This document shows positions 35,940 to 44,282 of a DNA stretch of 64,000 nucleotides, piece after piece; position 1 is the first letter of the stretch, and each line of letters begins with the position of its first letter. Origin of the DNA: a virus (Duplodnaviria; Caudoviricetes); IMG/VR virus record IMGVR_UViG_3300025885_000002, positions 4,801 to 68,800 of that record; one strand, given 5' to 3'. Below the pieces are notes generated by a model. That model was not told where the DNA came from and did no database searches. It saw only the letters and a program-made list of their open reading frames with translations. Position numbers and translations under genes: made by a program.

Positions 35940-36221
35940 CTACCGCAACGTCTCGGCCGTGCTGTAAATCACCGCCGCCACTTCAACGTCACGCTCTTCG
36001 ACTCCGACAACCTCGAGCGCCTCACGCACGCTGTTGTACTCGCGGAAGTCCGCCCAGGCCTGCCGCAGATCGCGTTCCAGCTTGCGCTGTCGGGCATCAT
36101 CGCGGACAACCCGCTCAGCTAGCTCCGGCCGCATCCCGTTCGCAATCAACCTCTGACTCTGTGCGGCCACCTGGTTGACGTTTGCGATGCCTCGCTCAAG
36201 TTCTTGTAGAAAACTGGTCAC
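35940..36221 (-). CDS. Hypothetical protein
   Basis: 93 aa, GTGA overlap. Confidence 0.6.
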   Translation of the reverse strand: MTSFLQELERGIANVNQVAAQSQRLIANGMRPELAERVVRDDARQRKLERDLRQAWADFREYNSVREALEVVGVEERDVEVAAVIYSTAETLR

Positions 36222-36451
36222 GCTGTCACCTCTTTGGTCTGATTGTCACCGGTTTGCCCTTCGGGTTTTTCAACCAAAGGGAGGTATCCTGAGGCCCAGC
36301 GCAGGATGTAAAAAATCGCATCCTCGTGGCGTTGATAACCTCTGGATGTCGTAAAGGCGGTGACATAACTATGAACATCTCCCGGCGCTTTCACGCGCCC
36401 CGTTCCAATCCGCAGGGACCGTTCTCGCTTCTGACTTTGGGGATTCGTCAC
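36218..36451 (-). CDS. Hypothetical protein
   Basis: 77 aa. Confidence 0.55.
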   Translation of the reverse strand: MTNPQSQKRERSLRIGTGRVKAPGDVHSYVTAFTTSRGYQRHEDAIFYILRWASGYLPLVEKPEGQTGDNQTKEVTA

Positions 36452-36494
36452 GTTCCACTCTCACTCTCAGTCACCCCAGGTTCGATCTGTAGAA

Positions 36495-36671
36495 TTACGC
36501 CGCCGATCGCAAGGCGGCCTGTGCTGCAGCCTCTTTCGCCACTGAAGCCGGAACAAACAACGTCCCGTACCCGTCACACCTTCCGCAGCGGCACTCCTGG
36601 TGATTCGTATCCATTCCCTTGCCGCTACCGTCGCAGTCCCGACAGGTCACCGCCACCATTAATTCGTTCAT
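36495..36671 (-). CDS. DnaJ-type CxxCxGxG zinc-finger miniprotein
   Basis: CRDCDGSG...CGRCDGYG; start re-called at MNELMVAV. Confidence 0.65.
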   Translation of the reverse strand: MNELMVAVTCRDCDGSGKGMDTNHQECRCGRCDGYGTLFVPASVAKEAAAQAALRSAA

Positions 36672-36754
36672 CGTTTTGCTTCTTTCAGCCGGGCCCCGGC
36701 GGCTCGAAGTCGAGGCCCGGCGTCGCGCGGGAGAGATATGAGAACCCGCGCTAC

Positions 36755-37120
36755 TCAGAAGCCGGCGAATGCGTCGCCGACAAAGGGCTTTGGTTTCGGC
36801 ACCGGGCACAGCAGGGAGATCGCCTCCATATGCTTGCAGGGCTCGCCGAGATAGGACTTGCGATTGATCCAGTCGCCACAGCTGCAGGAGTATGGCGTTA
36901 CCACGTAGCTCTTCGTCCCGTCAGCAGAGTCGACCGTGAAGACATCGCCGTCGCGCCTGGCCGTAGCCGCGATCGCGGCCAGCTGCTCGTCCGTGGGTTG
37001 GTTGGCAGCCCGACGTATCCGCTCCAACGAAGGCGTCTTGACAGCCTCCAGTGCGCGGCCCGTGCGGATCGTCTCCCGGGCGAGGTCAGCAGCTTTCTGC
37101 TTGGAGATTCGGGCGCTCAT
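36755..37120 (-). CDS. SWIM zinc-finger protein
   Basis: YVV...CSCGDW...PCKHM. Confidence 0.8.
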   Translation of the reverse strand: MSARISKQKAADLARETIRTGRALEAVKTPSLERIRRAANQPTDEQLAAIAATARRDGDVFTVDSADGTKSYVVTPYSCSCGDWINRKSYLGEPCKHMEAISLLCPVPKPKPFVGDAFAGF

Positions 37121-37306
37121 TTAGACCGCCTCCCTCAGATCGTCAGCTTTGGATTCTTCGGGGATCAGGCCGTACCGCTCCTCGAGGATCCGTACCAGCT
37201 GAGCCTGCCTGCTTCGCCGATCCTTTACGGCCTCCGCGCGAAGCGCCTCCTCGACGGGCGCAGGGACCTTAATCAACATCGAAACAACTCGCTCTTCGTT
37301 TTCCAT
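37121..37306 (-). CDS. Arc-like ribbon-helix-helix regulator (Cro-equivalent position)
   Basis: MLIKVPAPVEEALRAEAVKDRRSRQAQLVRILEE. Confidence 0.8.
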   Translation of the reverse strand: MENEERVVSMLIKVPAPVEEALRAEAVKDRRSRQAQLVRILEERYGLIPEESKADDLREAV

Positions 37307-37349
37307 CGCGAATCCTTTTCCCGTAGAAATCTATCCAAAAGACAACGCG

Positions 37350-37378
37350 AATATATACTCGATATATACCAATGTCAA
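37350..37378 (-). promoter_or_regulatory. Early leftward promoter
   Basis: TTGACA (37378-37373)-17 nt-TATATT (37355-37350). Confidence 0.8.
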
Positions 37379-37460
37379 GAGAAAAGTTATAGAATTATAT
37401 ATCTTTCTTGCAACTTCCCGTTGTGAAAGAGGATACGGATGAATATAGCTTGTATATATC
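37350..37460. repeat. Candidate operators, GATATATAC-like x4
   Basis: AATATATAC 37350 and GATATATAC 37361 on plus; TTATATATC 37395 and GTATATATC 37452 inverted; they overlap the leftward promoter. Confidence 0.6.
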
Positions 37461-37488
37461 CGCGAGATATGTTATTGAGGGTGCGAGT

Positions 37489-37845
37489 ATGGCAAAAGAG
37501 CCAGTTGGAAAGCTAATAAAGCTCTCGGAGGCTACTTGGAACGCCCTCGCCGCCGATGCTGAGCGCTGTAAGCGTAGTTCAACCAAGCAGTTAGAGGCGA
37601 TCCTGACTGCCTACTACGGGCTGGACAATGTCGAACTGAGCGAGGTTGCGGCTATTAGGGAGACCGTAAGTCCGTACTTGGCAAAGGCTGAGCAGTCGGG
37701 AGGTGGAAAGGATCCGCGGAAAGGCCGGGCGTTCCTCGAACGCGTGCTCCAGCAGATGGCAGAAGAAGAATCGCCTGAGGAAGTGGCGGAAGCGGAGGGA
37801 TCCGAAGATACACAGAAAAGGAACCGTAAGACGGGCAACGGCTAA
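37489..37845 (+). CDS. Ribbon-helix-helix repressor candidate (CI-equivalent position)
   Basis: KLIKLSEATWNALAADAERCKRSSTKQLEAIL; divergent from the Arc-like gene; no S24 peptidase domain. Confidence 0.75.
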   Translation: MAKEPVGKLIKLSEATWNALAADAERCKRSSTKQLEAILTAYYGLDNVELSEVAAIRETVSPYLAKAEQSGGGKDPRKGRAFLERVLQQMAEEESPEEVAEAEGSEDTQKRNRKTGNG

Positions 37846-37962
37846 CAGGCGGTGCTATGGAGGCACGCTGGTAGCGTTGGCGCACTAAGGCAGGGTTGAG
37901 GCAGGCACACGTCCACTAACTAACCAGCTCTTCGGGGATGGAGGGCTCGGTCCTAACGTTGA

Positions 37963-38241
37963 TCAGGCACGGAAGCGCAGTCGCATCCAAACCAATAGGA
38001 GCGTGATGGCCACCACCATCAGACCCTTACTCTCTAGGCTATCTATCGTCTTGGGTCGTTCTGTAACTAAGCCTATACCCGGTGCTTCGCCATCATCGCA
38101 GAGGCAAGGGCCGCCTACGAAACAAGGCGAGCAGTAATCAGAGCGATTGCCGACTAATACATGCCCGGCCTGAGCGGGCGCCGTCGCGAGTGGAAGAGCG
38201 AAGAGGCCGCAAATGCAAACCACGAAAAGCACTCGTTTCAT
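37963..38241 (-). CDS. Secreted Cys-rich peptide precursor with C-terminal TM/basic anchor
   Basis: Signal peptide ending AQA; mature GHVLVGNRSDYCSPCFVGGPCLCDDGE; C-terminal GLMVVAITLLLVWMRLRFRA; GAGGTG SD. Confidence 0.7.
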   Translation of the reverse strand: MKRVLFVVCICGLFALPLATAPAQAGHVLVGNRSDYCSPCFVGGPCLCDDGEAPGIGLVTERPKTIDSLESKGLMVVAITLLLVWMRLRFRA

Positions 38242-39178
38242 ATCTCACCTCGTTGCTGCCGAGATAAAGCAGCGGATCCGGTCGCTGACGCTAAGAGCAG
38301 AACAGGCTCGAAGCGTCCGCAACTTTGTTGAAGTCGGTTCGATAGCTCACAGTTTGCGAGAACTTCCTCTCCCGCGGGAACTGGAAGGCATCGCGTCGTA
38401 TTACCAGGCCTGTGCCGACAGAGGCGACAACGGAGGACCTGAAATCCTTGCTGCATTAACTGAATCGCCCCTGCCGAATCTGCGCGCGCGTGCGCACCTG
38501 GCGCTTGGGACGAATGCGCTTACCGTCGCCGACCTCTCGCTTGCCGGCAGCTACTATAAGAGAGCACGCGCGGAATTCGTTCGGTGCTGCACGCCGGACT
38601 TGATTGGCGTTCTACATCTATCCCAGATGGAGGCCGTTGTGACTGCCCAGTCGGGAGATCATTCCCGGGCATTGAACGATCTTCAAGGACTCTGGGGCCT
38701 TGCGCGAGTAGTAATGCGCTCTCTACCGCCAGTAGGTTATGGCGTGATGAACTCGATTGCAACCGAGTTGGGTGCCAACGGACAACGGGAGTTTGCTTTG
38801 GCTCTCATTACGACCGTGACGGCATCTCCGTTCGTCCGGATCTATCCAGAATGGCTGGATACTCGAGACGAGATCGCTCAATCGGATAGAGATCGACGCT
38901 ATTTTCCAGGAGGGGAGGCGGAGCCAGACACAAGTCAGGTGTTCGAGCTCGCGGGGTATTACGAACGACGTGCAAGGGAGCGAGAGCAGGAGATCGACAG
39001 TATTCGGAGCCAAATAATCGCGTCGGTTGCCAAAGAGAAGAACCTAGACCCGAAGTCAGGTAAGGAAATTCTTGGCATCATCAAGAGAGCCGGGAGTGGC
39101 CGGGTTGTGGACCTCGAGGCCGCGAGGTCGTTCCTCGCTAACCTAGCAACGAAGAATCGTCGGCAATCGGAAGGATAG
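38213..39178 (+). CDS. TPR-like helical repeat protein
   Basis: Helical repeats (ARAHLALG..A...AGSYY..A; A.V.AQSGDH..AL..L; MNSIATELG..G..E.A), SPFVRIYPEWLDTR; GAGG SD. Confidence 0.7.
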   Translation: MQTTKSTRFISHLVAAEIKQRIRSLTLRAEQARSVRNFVEVGSIAHSLRELPLPRELEGIASYYQACADRGDNGGPEILAALTESPLPNLRARAHLALGTNALTVADLSLAGSYYKRARAEFVRCCTPDLIGVLHLSQMEAVVTAQSGDHSRALNDLQGLWGLARVVMRSLPPVGYGVMNSIATELGANGQREFALALITTVTASPFVRIYPEWLDTRDEIAQSDRDRRYFPGGEAEPDTSQVFELAGYYERRAREREQEIDSIRSQIIASVAKEKNLDPKSGKEILGIIKRAGSGRVVDLEAARSFLANLATKNRRQSEG

Positions 39179-39250
39179 GTTCTAACGGAGGTGGGGCATG
39201 AACCCGTGGGAGATCCTGAGATTCGGACGGAGCTCGCCAGCGGAAACCTA

Positions 39251-39598
39251 ATGAACAAGAACCAACGCATAGCCCTCCTTGCTAGTGTCTTTGTCGTCGT
39301 CACAATGCTGATCTTCCCGCCATGGACAGGATCCGCCTTTCCCGACGGCGCAAAGCGTAGCGACACAGTACCGCGGGTAGAGCGGTTCGCGGGCTATTAT
39401 TTTATTCTAACGCCCCCAATGCCTGCCGACGTGAACCGCTTCAATAGCCTGTTCGGTCAGTCAATCTCGTGGGGCGATGCGGATCAATTACAGCGCCGGG
39501 CCATCGAATACCGGCTCGACACGGCGAGGCTCTATGCTCAGTGGGCATGTGTGGTTCTCGTGGCGACCGGACTTATCCTGTTCTTCAAGACGCAATGA
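39251..39598 (+). CDS. Two-TM membrane protein (accessory)
   Basis: N- and C-terminal hydrophobic helices with FPPW after TM1. Confidence 0.7.
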   Translation: MNKNQRIALLASVFVVVTMLIFPPWTGSAFPDGAKRSDTVPRVERFAGYYFILTPPMPADVNRFNSLFGQSISWGDADQLQRRAIEYRLDTARLYAQWACVVLVATGLILFFKTQ

Positions 39599-40131
39599 AA
39601 CAAGAGCACATAGGCAGAGCCATCCTCAGAAGTCTGCGAACCTCGCTAATCGTGGTTGCAGTCGTTGGCGCGCTCGGCTGGATAGCCATCGACTGGTGCT
39701 GGAAGAACGTCAAGATCACAAAGGATACGCGTTACGCGAAAGGGACAATCACGGGAATGACGCTGGATTCCGCCGAAGACGATCGAGGCCGGGGCGGGTA
39801 CTTTTACATCGTCCGATACGAATTCCGAACGCCGTCGGGTGACGTTTACGACGGCACGGATACCGAGCCCGACAGCACCTCTCTTGAAGTTGGCGGCCCA
39901 ATCGAGGTCGAATATTCGCATTCTGATCCGGCCACCAACCGCGAGCGAGCCGAGCCAAGAAGCGCCTTCTTCGCGTGGGCCTACCTCATTGTCGCGATTG
40001 GACTGCTCGCGTGGGCCCTGGTCCATCTCGCGCGAGATTTTCTCAAGGATGTCGCGCAAATTAAGTGGAAGGTCGACTTTGAAAGGCGGATGGAGGAGCG
40101 TCTCCAGAGTGAGAGCGAGCCCCCCTCCTGA
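39595..40131 (+). CDS. DUF3592-like membrane protein
   Basis: TM-GTIT...YYIVRYEF...G..Y...VGGPIEVEY...P-TM architecture; ATGA overlap. Confidence 0.75.
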   Translation: MKQEHIGRAILRSLRTSLIVVAVVGALGWIAIDWCWKNVKITKDTRYAKGTITGMTLDSAEDDRGRGGYFYIVRYEFRTPSGDVYDGTDTEPDSTSLEVGGPIEVEYSHSDPATNRERAEPRSAFFAWAYLIVAIGLLAWALVHLARDFLKDVAQIKWKVDFERRMEERLQSESEPPS

Positions 40132-40204
40132 AGCTCACCAAAGAAGCGGAGAAGAAGGCAAAGAAGTAGCCCGCGGCGAACCCGAAGCGAGAGCAAGGAG
40201 GAGA

Positions 40205-40441
40205 ATGAATCTACCGCCGAATGCAAACGTAGCGACTGAAATATGTCAATGGTGCAAAGGATCAGGAAAAGACCGAGACCAGGAGTATTGCAACGCCTGC
40301 GGCGGGGTTGGCAGCGTTGTAATCGTTCAGCCGAGCAGGAAATGCGCAAACTGTTCAGGAACCGGAATTGATCAGAACTCTACACTGGACAGCTGTCGAT
40401 GCGCTCTGTGCCATGGGGCGGGCTGGGCTCACAAAGTGTAG
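40205..40441 (+). CDS. Stand-alone DnaJ-type cysteine-rich domain (four CxxCxGxG repeats)
   Basis: CQWCKGSG, CNACGGVG, CANCSGTG, CALCHGAG. Confidence 0.8.
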   Translation: MNLPPNANVATEICQWCKGSGKDRDQEYCNACGGVGSVVIVQPSRKCANCSGTGIDQNSTLDSCRCALCHGAGWAHKV

Positions 40442-40760
40442 GAGCCTCCTCGGCCTCGACCGCCATAGGGGCCAGCATTAAGGCAACATGGCCAAACCCA
40501 ACGCGAGATGCCTTCAGAACCGTGACAGCAATCTCCGCCGCAGCGGTCTGATCGGCGATGCTAAACCCTGATGACTCGCAGTGCTCCAATATGCGATGCG
40601 CCAGAAATAGATGAGAGCGTATTCGCATCTCGGCCGGCTCGGATAGGGGAGGCGTTGGCTCGTTAATCATAGGTCCAATTATACAGGCGATGTCAATGGG
40701 GAGCCTGACTCCTCGCGGCGAGCCTTGGAGATGCAAGTTGGGAAAAGGAGGAACGTGACT

Positions 40761-40934
40761 ATGACGGAAGACGAAGTGTTAGCGATCCTAAGAAAAGAGA
40801 TTAAGGAGATCGCAAAAGCGGCAGCTATCAAGGAGGGCTCGATGAACTACGCAGAAGGGAAAGGCGCCACAAGTCCTAAGACTCTCGACGCGATAGTTAG
40901 GGCAGTTGAAGAACGAGAGCGATCGAAACCGTAA
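40761..40934 (+). CDS. Small hypothetical protein (57 aa)
   Basis: AAGGAGG SD. Confidence 0.6.
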   Translation: MTEDEVLAILRKEIKEIAKAAAIKEGSMNYAEGKGATSPKTLDAIVRAVEERERSKP

Positions 40935-41177
40935 ATGGAACGGGCCGAACTATCCATCGACGGAGACACCGCCTTTGCGCTCCTCGGCGAGGACTTGCAG
41001 GTCGGCGAAGCTGAATACGTGGTGATTGATGACGCCTTCCGCGCGAGCCACCCAGGTCTCTCACAACGCGAGCTCGAGTGGGCGGCCGGCAAAGAAGCAT
41101 TCGAGAAGCTGAAGGCTCGACTCGGTCGACCGCTTTCGTTCGTCTGGCGATCGCCAGCAGAAAGAAGGACCTGGTGA
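40935..41177 (+). CDS. Hypothetical protein
   Basis: 80 aa abutting the previous stop. Confidence 0.6.
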   Translation: MERAELSIDGDTAFALLGEDLQVGEAEYVVIDDAFRASHPGLSQRELEWAAGKEAFEKLKARLGRPLSFVWRSPAERRTW

Positions 41178-41438
41178 GGGAGAGCTATTCAGTAGGAGAA
41201 CCGCCGCCGTCGACGAAGCCCCGGTGAAAGCAGCGCAAGCTTCTTGTCCCGATCGCTGTCTTCGGCAAAGCGCCACTTGATCTTGTATTGCTCGTAGATC
41301 TCTTCTTCCCAGTGGTCATCGTCGCCGATTTGGACAACGGGCGAGCCGGCAAGCTGGTTGGCAAGGTATACCAAAGCGAATACCGCATCTTCAGCGCGGT
41401 CGTTGAGTAGCTCGATTTCGACGAGGAGTTTATCGGCC

Positions 41439-42056
41439 ATGATTAAGATCTCTTTAACCAGCTTCATTGATGTTGTCACGAGCTCTGGTTCGCCGAAGCT
41501 AACGAAGATCCTAGAGCTGAAAAACCGTGGCGACTATCATCCGGTGATGGACTATTGGGGACCCCTGCGCGAACACATCGTGAAATACCACAAAGTAGGC
41601 GAAGGCGACAAGCGCTACCTCGACGGTCTGATCCCAACCCTCGATAAGCCGAGCAAGCAAGCCAACTGCCGGAACCTGATCACGAACTATAAGCGTTTTC
41701 TTGGACGAAAAGCCATTGAAACACTTGTCCCGCCGACCGCCACCTGGCGATATGAGAGTTTGGCCGTCAGGATTAATCCTGAAGTCTACCTCTCGATGGA
41801 CGGCGTCCGGCATATTATTAAGCTCTATTTCAAAGCAAGACCGCTATCGGTTTCACAGGTCGGACTCATCCACCTGTTGATGACGATGACCCTCTCTCAG
41901 AAGCTGGAAGCTCCTGTCACCTATACTGTTTACGACGCTCATCACAACCGGCCCTACTCAACGACCAACTCGAGCAATAGGCTCCTGCCGCTGCTATACG
42001 GCGAAGCCGACGGATTAATCAGCACTTGGAACAGGCTTCCCGAACCTCCCGAATAA
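41439..42056 (+). CDS. Conserved-looking hypothetical protein co-transcribed with the integrase
   Basis: 205 aa, GAGGAG SD, 2 nt before the int start. Confidence 0.75.
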   Translation: MIKISLTSFIDVVTSSGSPKLTKILELKNRGDYHPVMDYWGPLREHIVKYHKVGEGDKRYLDGLIPTLDKPSKQANCRNLITNYKRFLGRKAIETLVPPTATWRYESLAVRINPEVYLSMDGVRHIIKLYFKARPLSVSQVGLIHLLMTMTLSQKLEAPVTYTVYDAHHNRPYSTTNSSNRLLPLLYGEADGLISTWNRLPEPPE

Positions 42057-42058
42057 AC

Positions 42059-43273
42059 ATGGCTCAAGTCGAAAAGCGCAAAAAGGGATTCTACCGCATC
42101 ACGGTCTGGCTTCCTCGTACACCAGGAAGTAGCAAGCGCAATTACGAGCGCGAGTACTTCAAGGGAAAGCTGGAGGACGCCAAAACTCGCGGCCGCGAGA
42201 TGGAGGAGGAGTGCAAATCAGGCATCGTGCAGCGATCGCGCTCGATGACGGTCGATCAGTTCCTCGACCAGTGGCTGAAGATTGCAGTGAAGCCGCGCGT
42301 GGCCGCCAGGACCCACAATGACTACGAGACGCTTCTCAAGCGATATGTTCGACCTCAACTCGGGGAGTTGAAGCTGTCGGCGCTCGAGCCTCTTCAGATT
42401 CAGCAAGTTTATACTTCGATGCAGGAGAAGAAGCTTTCTCCTCGGACAGTACGATATGTCCACACTGTTTTGAACGACGCATTGAAGCAGGCGATCCGTT
42501 GGCGAATTCTGAAGTACAATCCCGCGGAAGGCGCCGACCTGCCAAAACGAAAGCGGACCGTCATACACCCTCTGACCGAGGAACAAGTGCCGATCTTCCT
42601 AGAGGCCGCAAAGCAGGGTGAATACTACTGCCTGTTTCTCGTGGCCCTCACAACAGGGATGCGGCCAGAGGAATACCTCGCGCTGGCTTGGCCAAACATT
42701 GACTTCAAGGCGCGGACAGTGAGGGTGTCGAGAGCTCTCGTCTGGGAGAGGAAAGGAAAGGGCTGGAGCTTTGGTGAACCAAAGACCCAGAAAGGGAGAC
42801 GGACTATCCCGCTGCCGGCTGAGACCGTCCAGGCGCTCCTCGATCACCAGCGCGAGCAAAAGAAAATCAGATTCAAGGCTGGGACAAAATGGAAAGATTA
42901 TGACTTGGTTTTTACTACGTCCGAAGGCGGCCCGATTGACCCTGACAATTTAGCCTCTCGGCATTTCAAGCCTGCGATCATACTGGCGGAGCTCCCGACA
43001 ACGACAAGATTGTACGATTGTCGACACTCATGGGTAACTCTCTCACTGGCGGCTGGCGTATCTCCGAAGACGGTGAGTGAGTGGGCTGGCCACGCCTCTG
43101 TAGCCTTTACACTGGACACCTATGCGCACCTCATACCCTCAATGGAACGCGCCGGCGCCGCCCAGATCCAGAAGATGTTCACGGCGATTTTGAAGCCCCA
43201 AAAGAGCACCTCCAAGACTGTTGGCACCCCTTTGAGAACCCCTAAAGAGAGGGGACGAGCTGGAAGTAGTTGA
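42059..43273 (+). CDS. int: Tyrosine integrase
   Basis: N-terminal arm-binding-like region, SAM-like domain, TGMRPEE, KT, LYDCRHS, WAGH, TLDTYAH. Confidence 0.95.
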   Translation: MAQVEKRKKGFYRITVWLPRTPGSSKRNYEREYFKGKLEDAKTRGREMEEECKSGIVQRSRSMTVDQFLDQWLKIAVKPRVAARTHNDYETLLKRYVRPQLGELKLSALEPLQIQQVYTSMQEKKLSPRTVRYVHTVLNDALKQAIRWRILKYNPAEGADLPKRKRTVIHPLTEEQVPIFLEAAKQGEYYCLFLVALTTGMRPEEYLALAWPNIDFKARTVRVSRALVWERKGKGWSFGEPKTQKGRRTIPLPAETVQALLDHQREQKKIRFKAGTKWKDYDLVFTTSEGGPIDPDNLASRHFKPAIILAELPTTTRLYDCRHSWVTLSLAAGVSPKTVSEWAGHASVAFTLDTYAHLIPSMERAGAAQIQKMFTAILKPQKSTSKTVGTPLRTPKERGRAGSS

Positions 43274-43471
43274 AATTGAAGGGCGAGCACCGGGGCTTGA
43301 ACCCGGGACCTCCTGATCCACAGTCTCCTTTGTGGCAGTGCCCTATAGTAGCGTCAAGCGTCGGCAGCCCGTGAAGACCCGAGATAGCCGAGCATTGCAA
43401 GCCCGGTCATCCCTCAATAGTTGAGGCATACCCAGATAGCCCGAATGCGCCTGCACCCCTATCAGCACCCC
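43222..43471 (+). repeat. Arm-type site candidates flanking the att core
   Basis: GCACCCC/GAACCCC at 43224/43236 and GCACCCC/GCACCCC at 43453/43465, both with 12-bp period; AGATAGCC at 43382 and 43434; palindrome CCTCAA-TAG-TTGAGG at 43412. Confidence 0.6.
43281..43325 (-). other. attP core = 3' half of tRNA-His(GTG)
   Basis: Minus strand GACTGTGGATCAGGAGGTCCCGGGTTCAAGCCCCGGTGCTCGCCC (anticodon loop, T arm, acceptor 3' strand); no 5' half; 7 nt after the int stop. Confidence 0.85.
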
Positions 43472-43546
43472 ATGAGACCGGCAATGCAAATCGCCATGTC
43501 CTTAACAGTCGACAGGTACTTTTCCACGCCACTCTATTCTTGTAAG

Positions 43547-43804
43547 TCAGCGTGTGCGCTTTCTGGATTTGGGCTTAACATCGTCGAGGCTGGCTGTGGG
43601 ATCTAGTGTCTCGGCGATCGGAGACTCGTTCTTCACCAGTTCGATCTCGCTTAAGCAATCCGCCTTGCTGTTATGGGCTGATGATGACTCTGCGACGGCC
43701 TCCCCGCTGGGCCCTCTGAAGCGCCACCGGTATTGCTTCTGTCGGTCTTTATAAACTTCAAACCTAGCGACTGGCTTTTGTTGTGGATGTTCCGACTTTG
43801 CCAT
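43547..43804 (-). CDS. YegP / DUF1508 family protein
   Basis: RFEVYKD...YRWRF....GEAVAESS..H.SKADC...IELVK. Confidence 0.85.
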   Translation of the reverse strand: MAKSEHPQQKPVARFEVYKDRQKQYRWRFRGPSGEAVAESSSAHNSKADCLSEIELVKNESPIAETLDPTASLDDVKPKSRKRTR

Positions 43805-43821
43805 TCCCACGACGTACAGTA

Positions 43822-44046
43822 TCACGAAACGGTATCGACAGCATTGCGCTCTTCCAAATCTGTCCTCTGTCTTTTGCCGATCTCAAATCCCGCGAGGTAG
43901 GCAGCGAACGCCGCGTCGGAGAGAAACCACTCGCGGGTATAGTGGACGTCGTCCTGGTGGCGCCCGGCGCTGAGACCGGCCGTGAAGCTCCCGCGCTGGT
44001 CCTGGTGCTCGGGGGGAATGGGCGTGGCTGGATAGCTTCTGCGCAT
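43822..44046 (-). CDS. Hypothetical protein
   Basis: 74 aa upstream of the YegP-like gene. Confidence 0.5.
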   Translation of the reverse strand: MRRSYPATPIPPEHQDQRGSFTAGLSAGRHQDDVHYTREWFLSDAAFAAYLAGFEIGKRQRTDLEERNAVDTVS

Positions 44047-44282
44047 CTCGACTGAAAGCGTATTTCACGATGCGAAAATGATCGGCTGCGCTTGCTCCGC
44101 GCGGACGGGTAGAGTATAAGCAGCTTGTTCGAGAATGGAAAGAGTGACAAAACAACAGAGGCCATGAGCGGCAACTCACGGCCTCGCTGCTACTATTCCA
44201 TTATTCCTAAATCCTGCTTGCACGCTGCTGACGACGGTGTGTGCTGGCGGCTCGCTATTTGTATATCACGCGAGGTGGACTA

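Noticed and set aside
40380-40736. Minus-strand 118-aa ORF among the accessory genes
   Set aside because: Overlaps the plus-strand zinc-finger gene, has no clear SD or motif; left uncalled
43281-43360. Complete tRNA-His gene
   Set aside because: Sequence 5' of the anticodon arm cannot form a D arm or an acceptor 5' strand; only the 3' half is present, so it was called an att core
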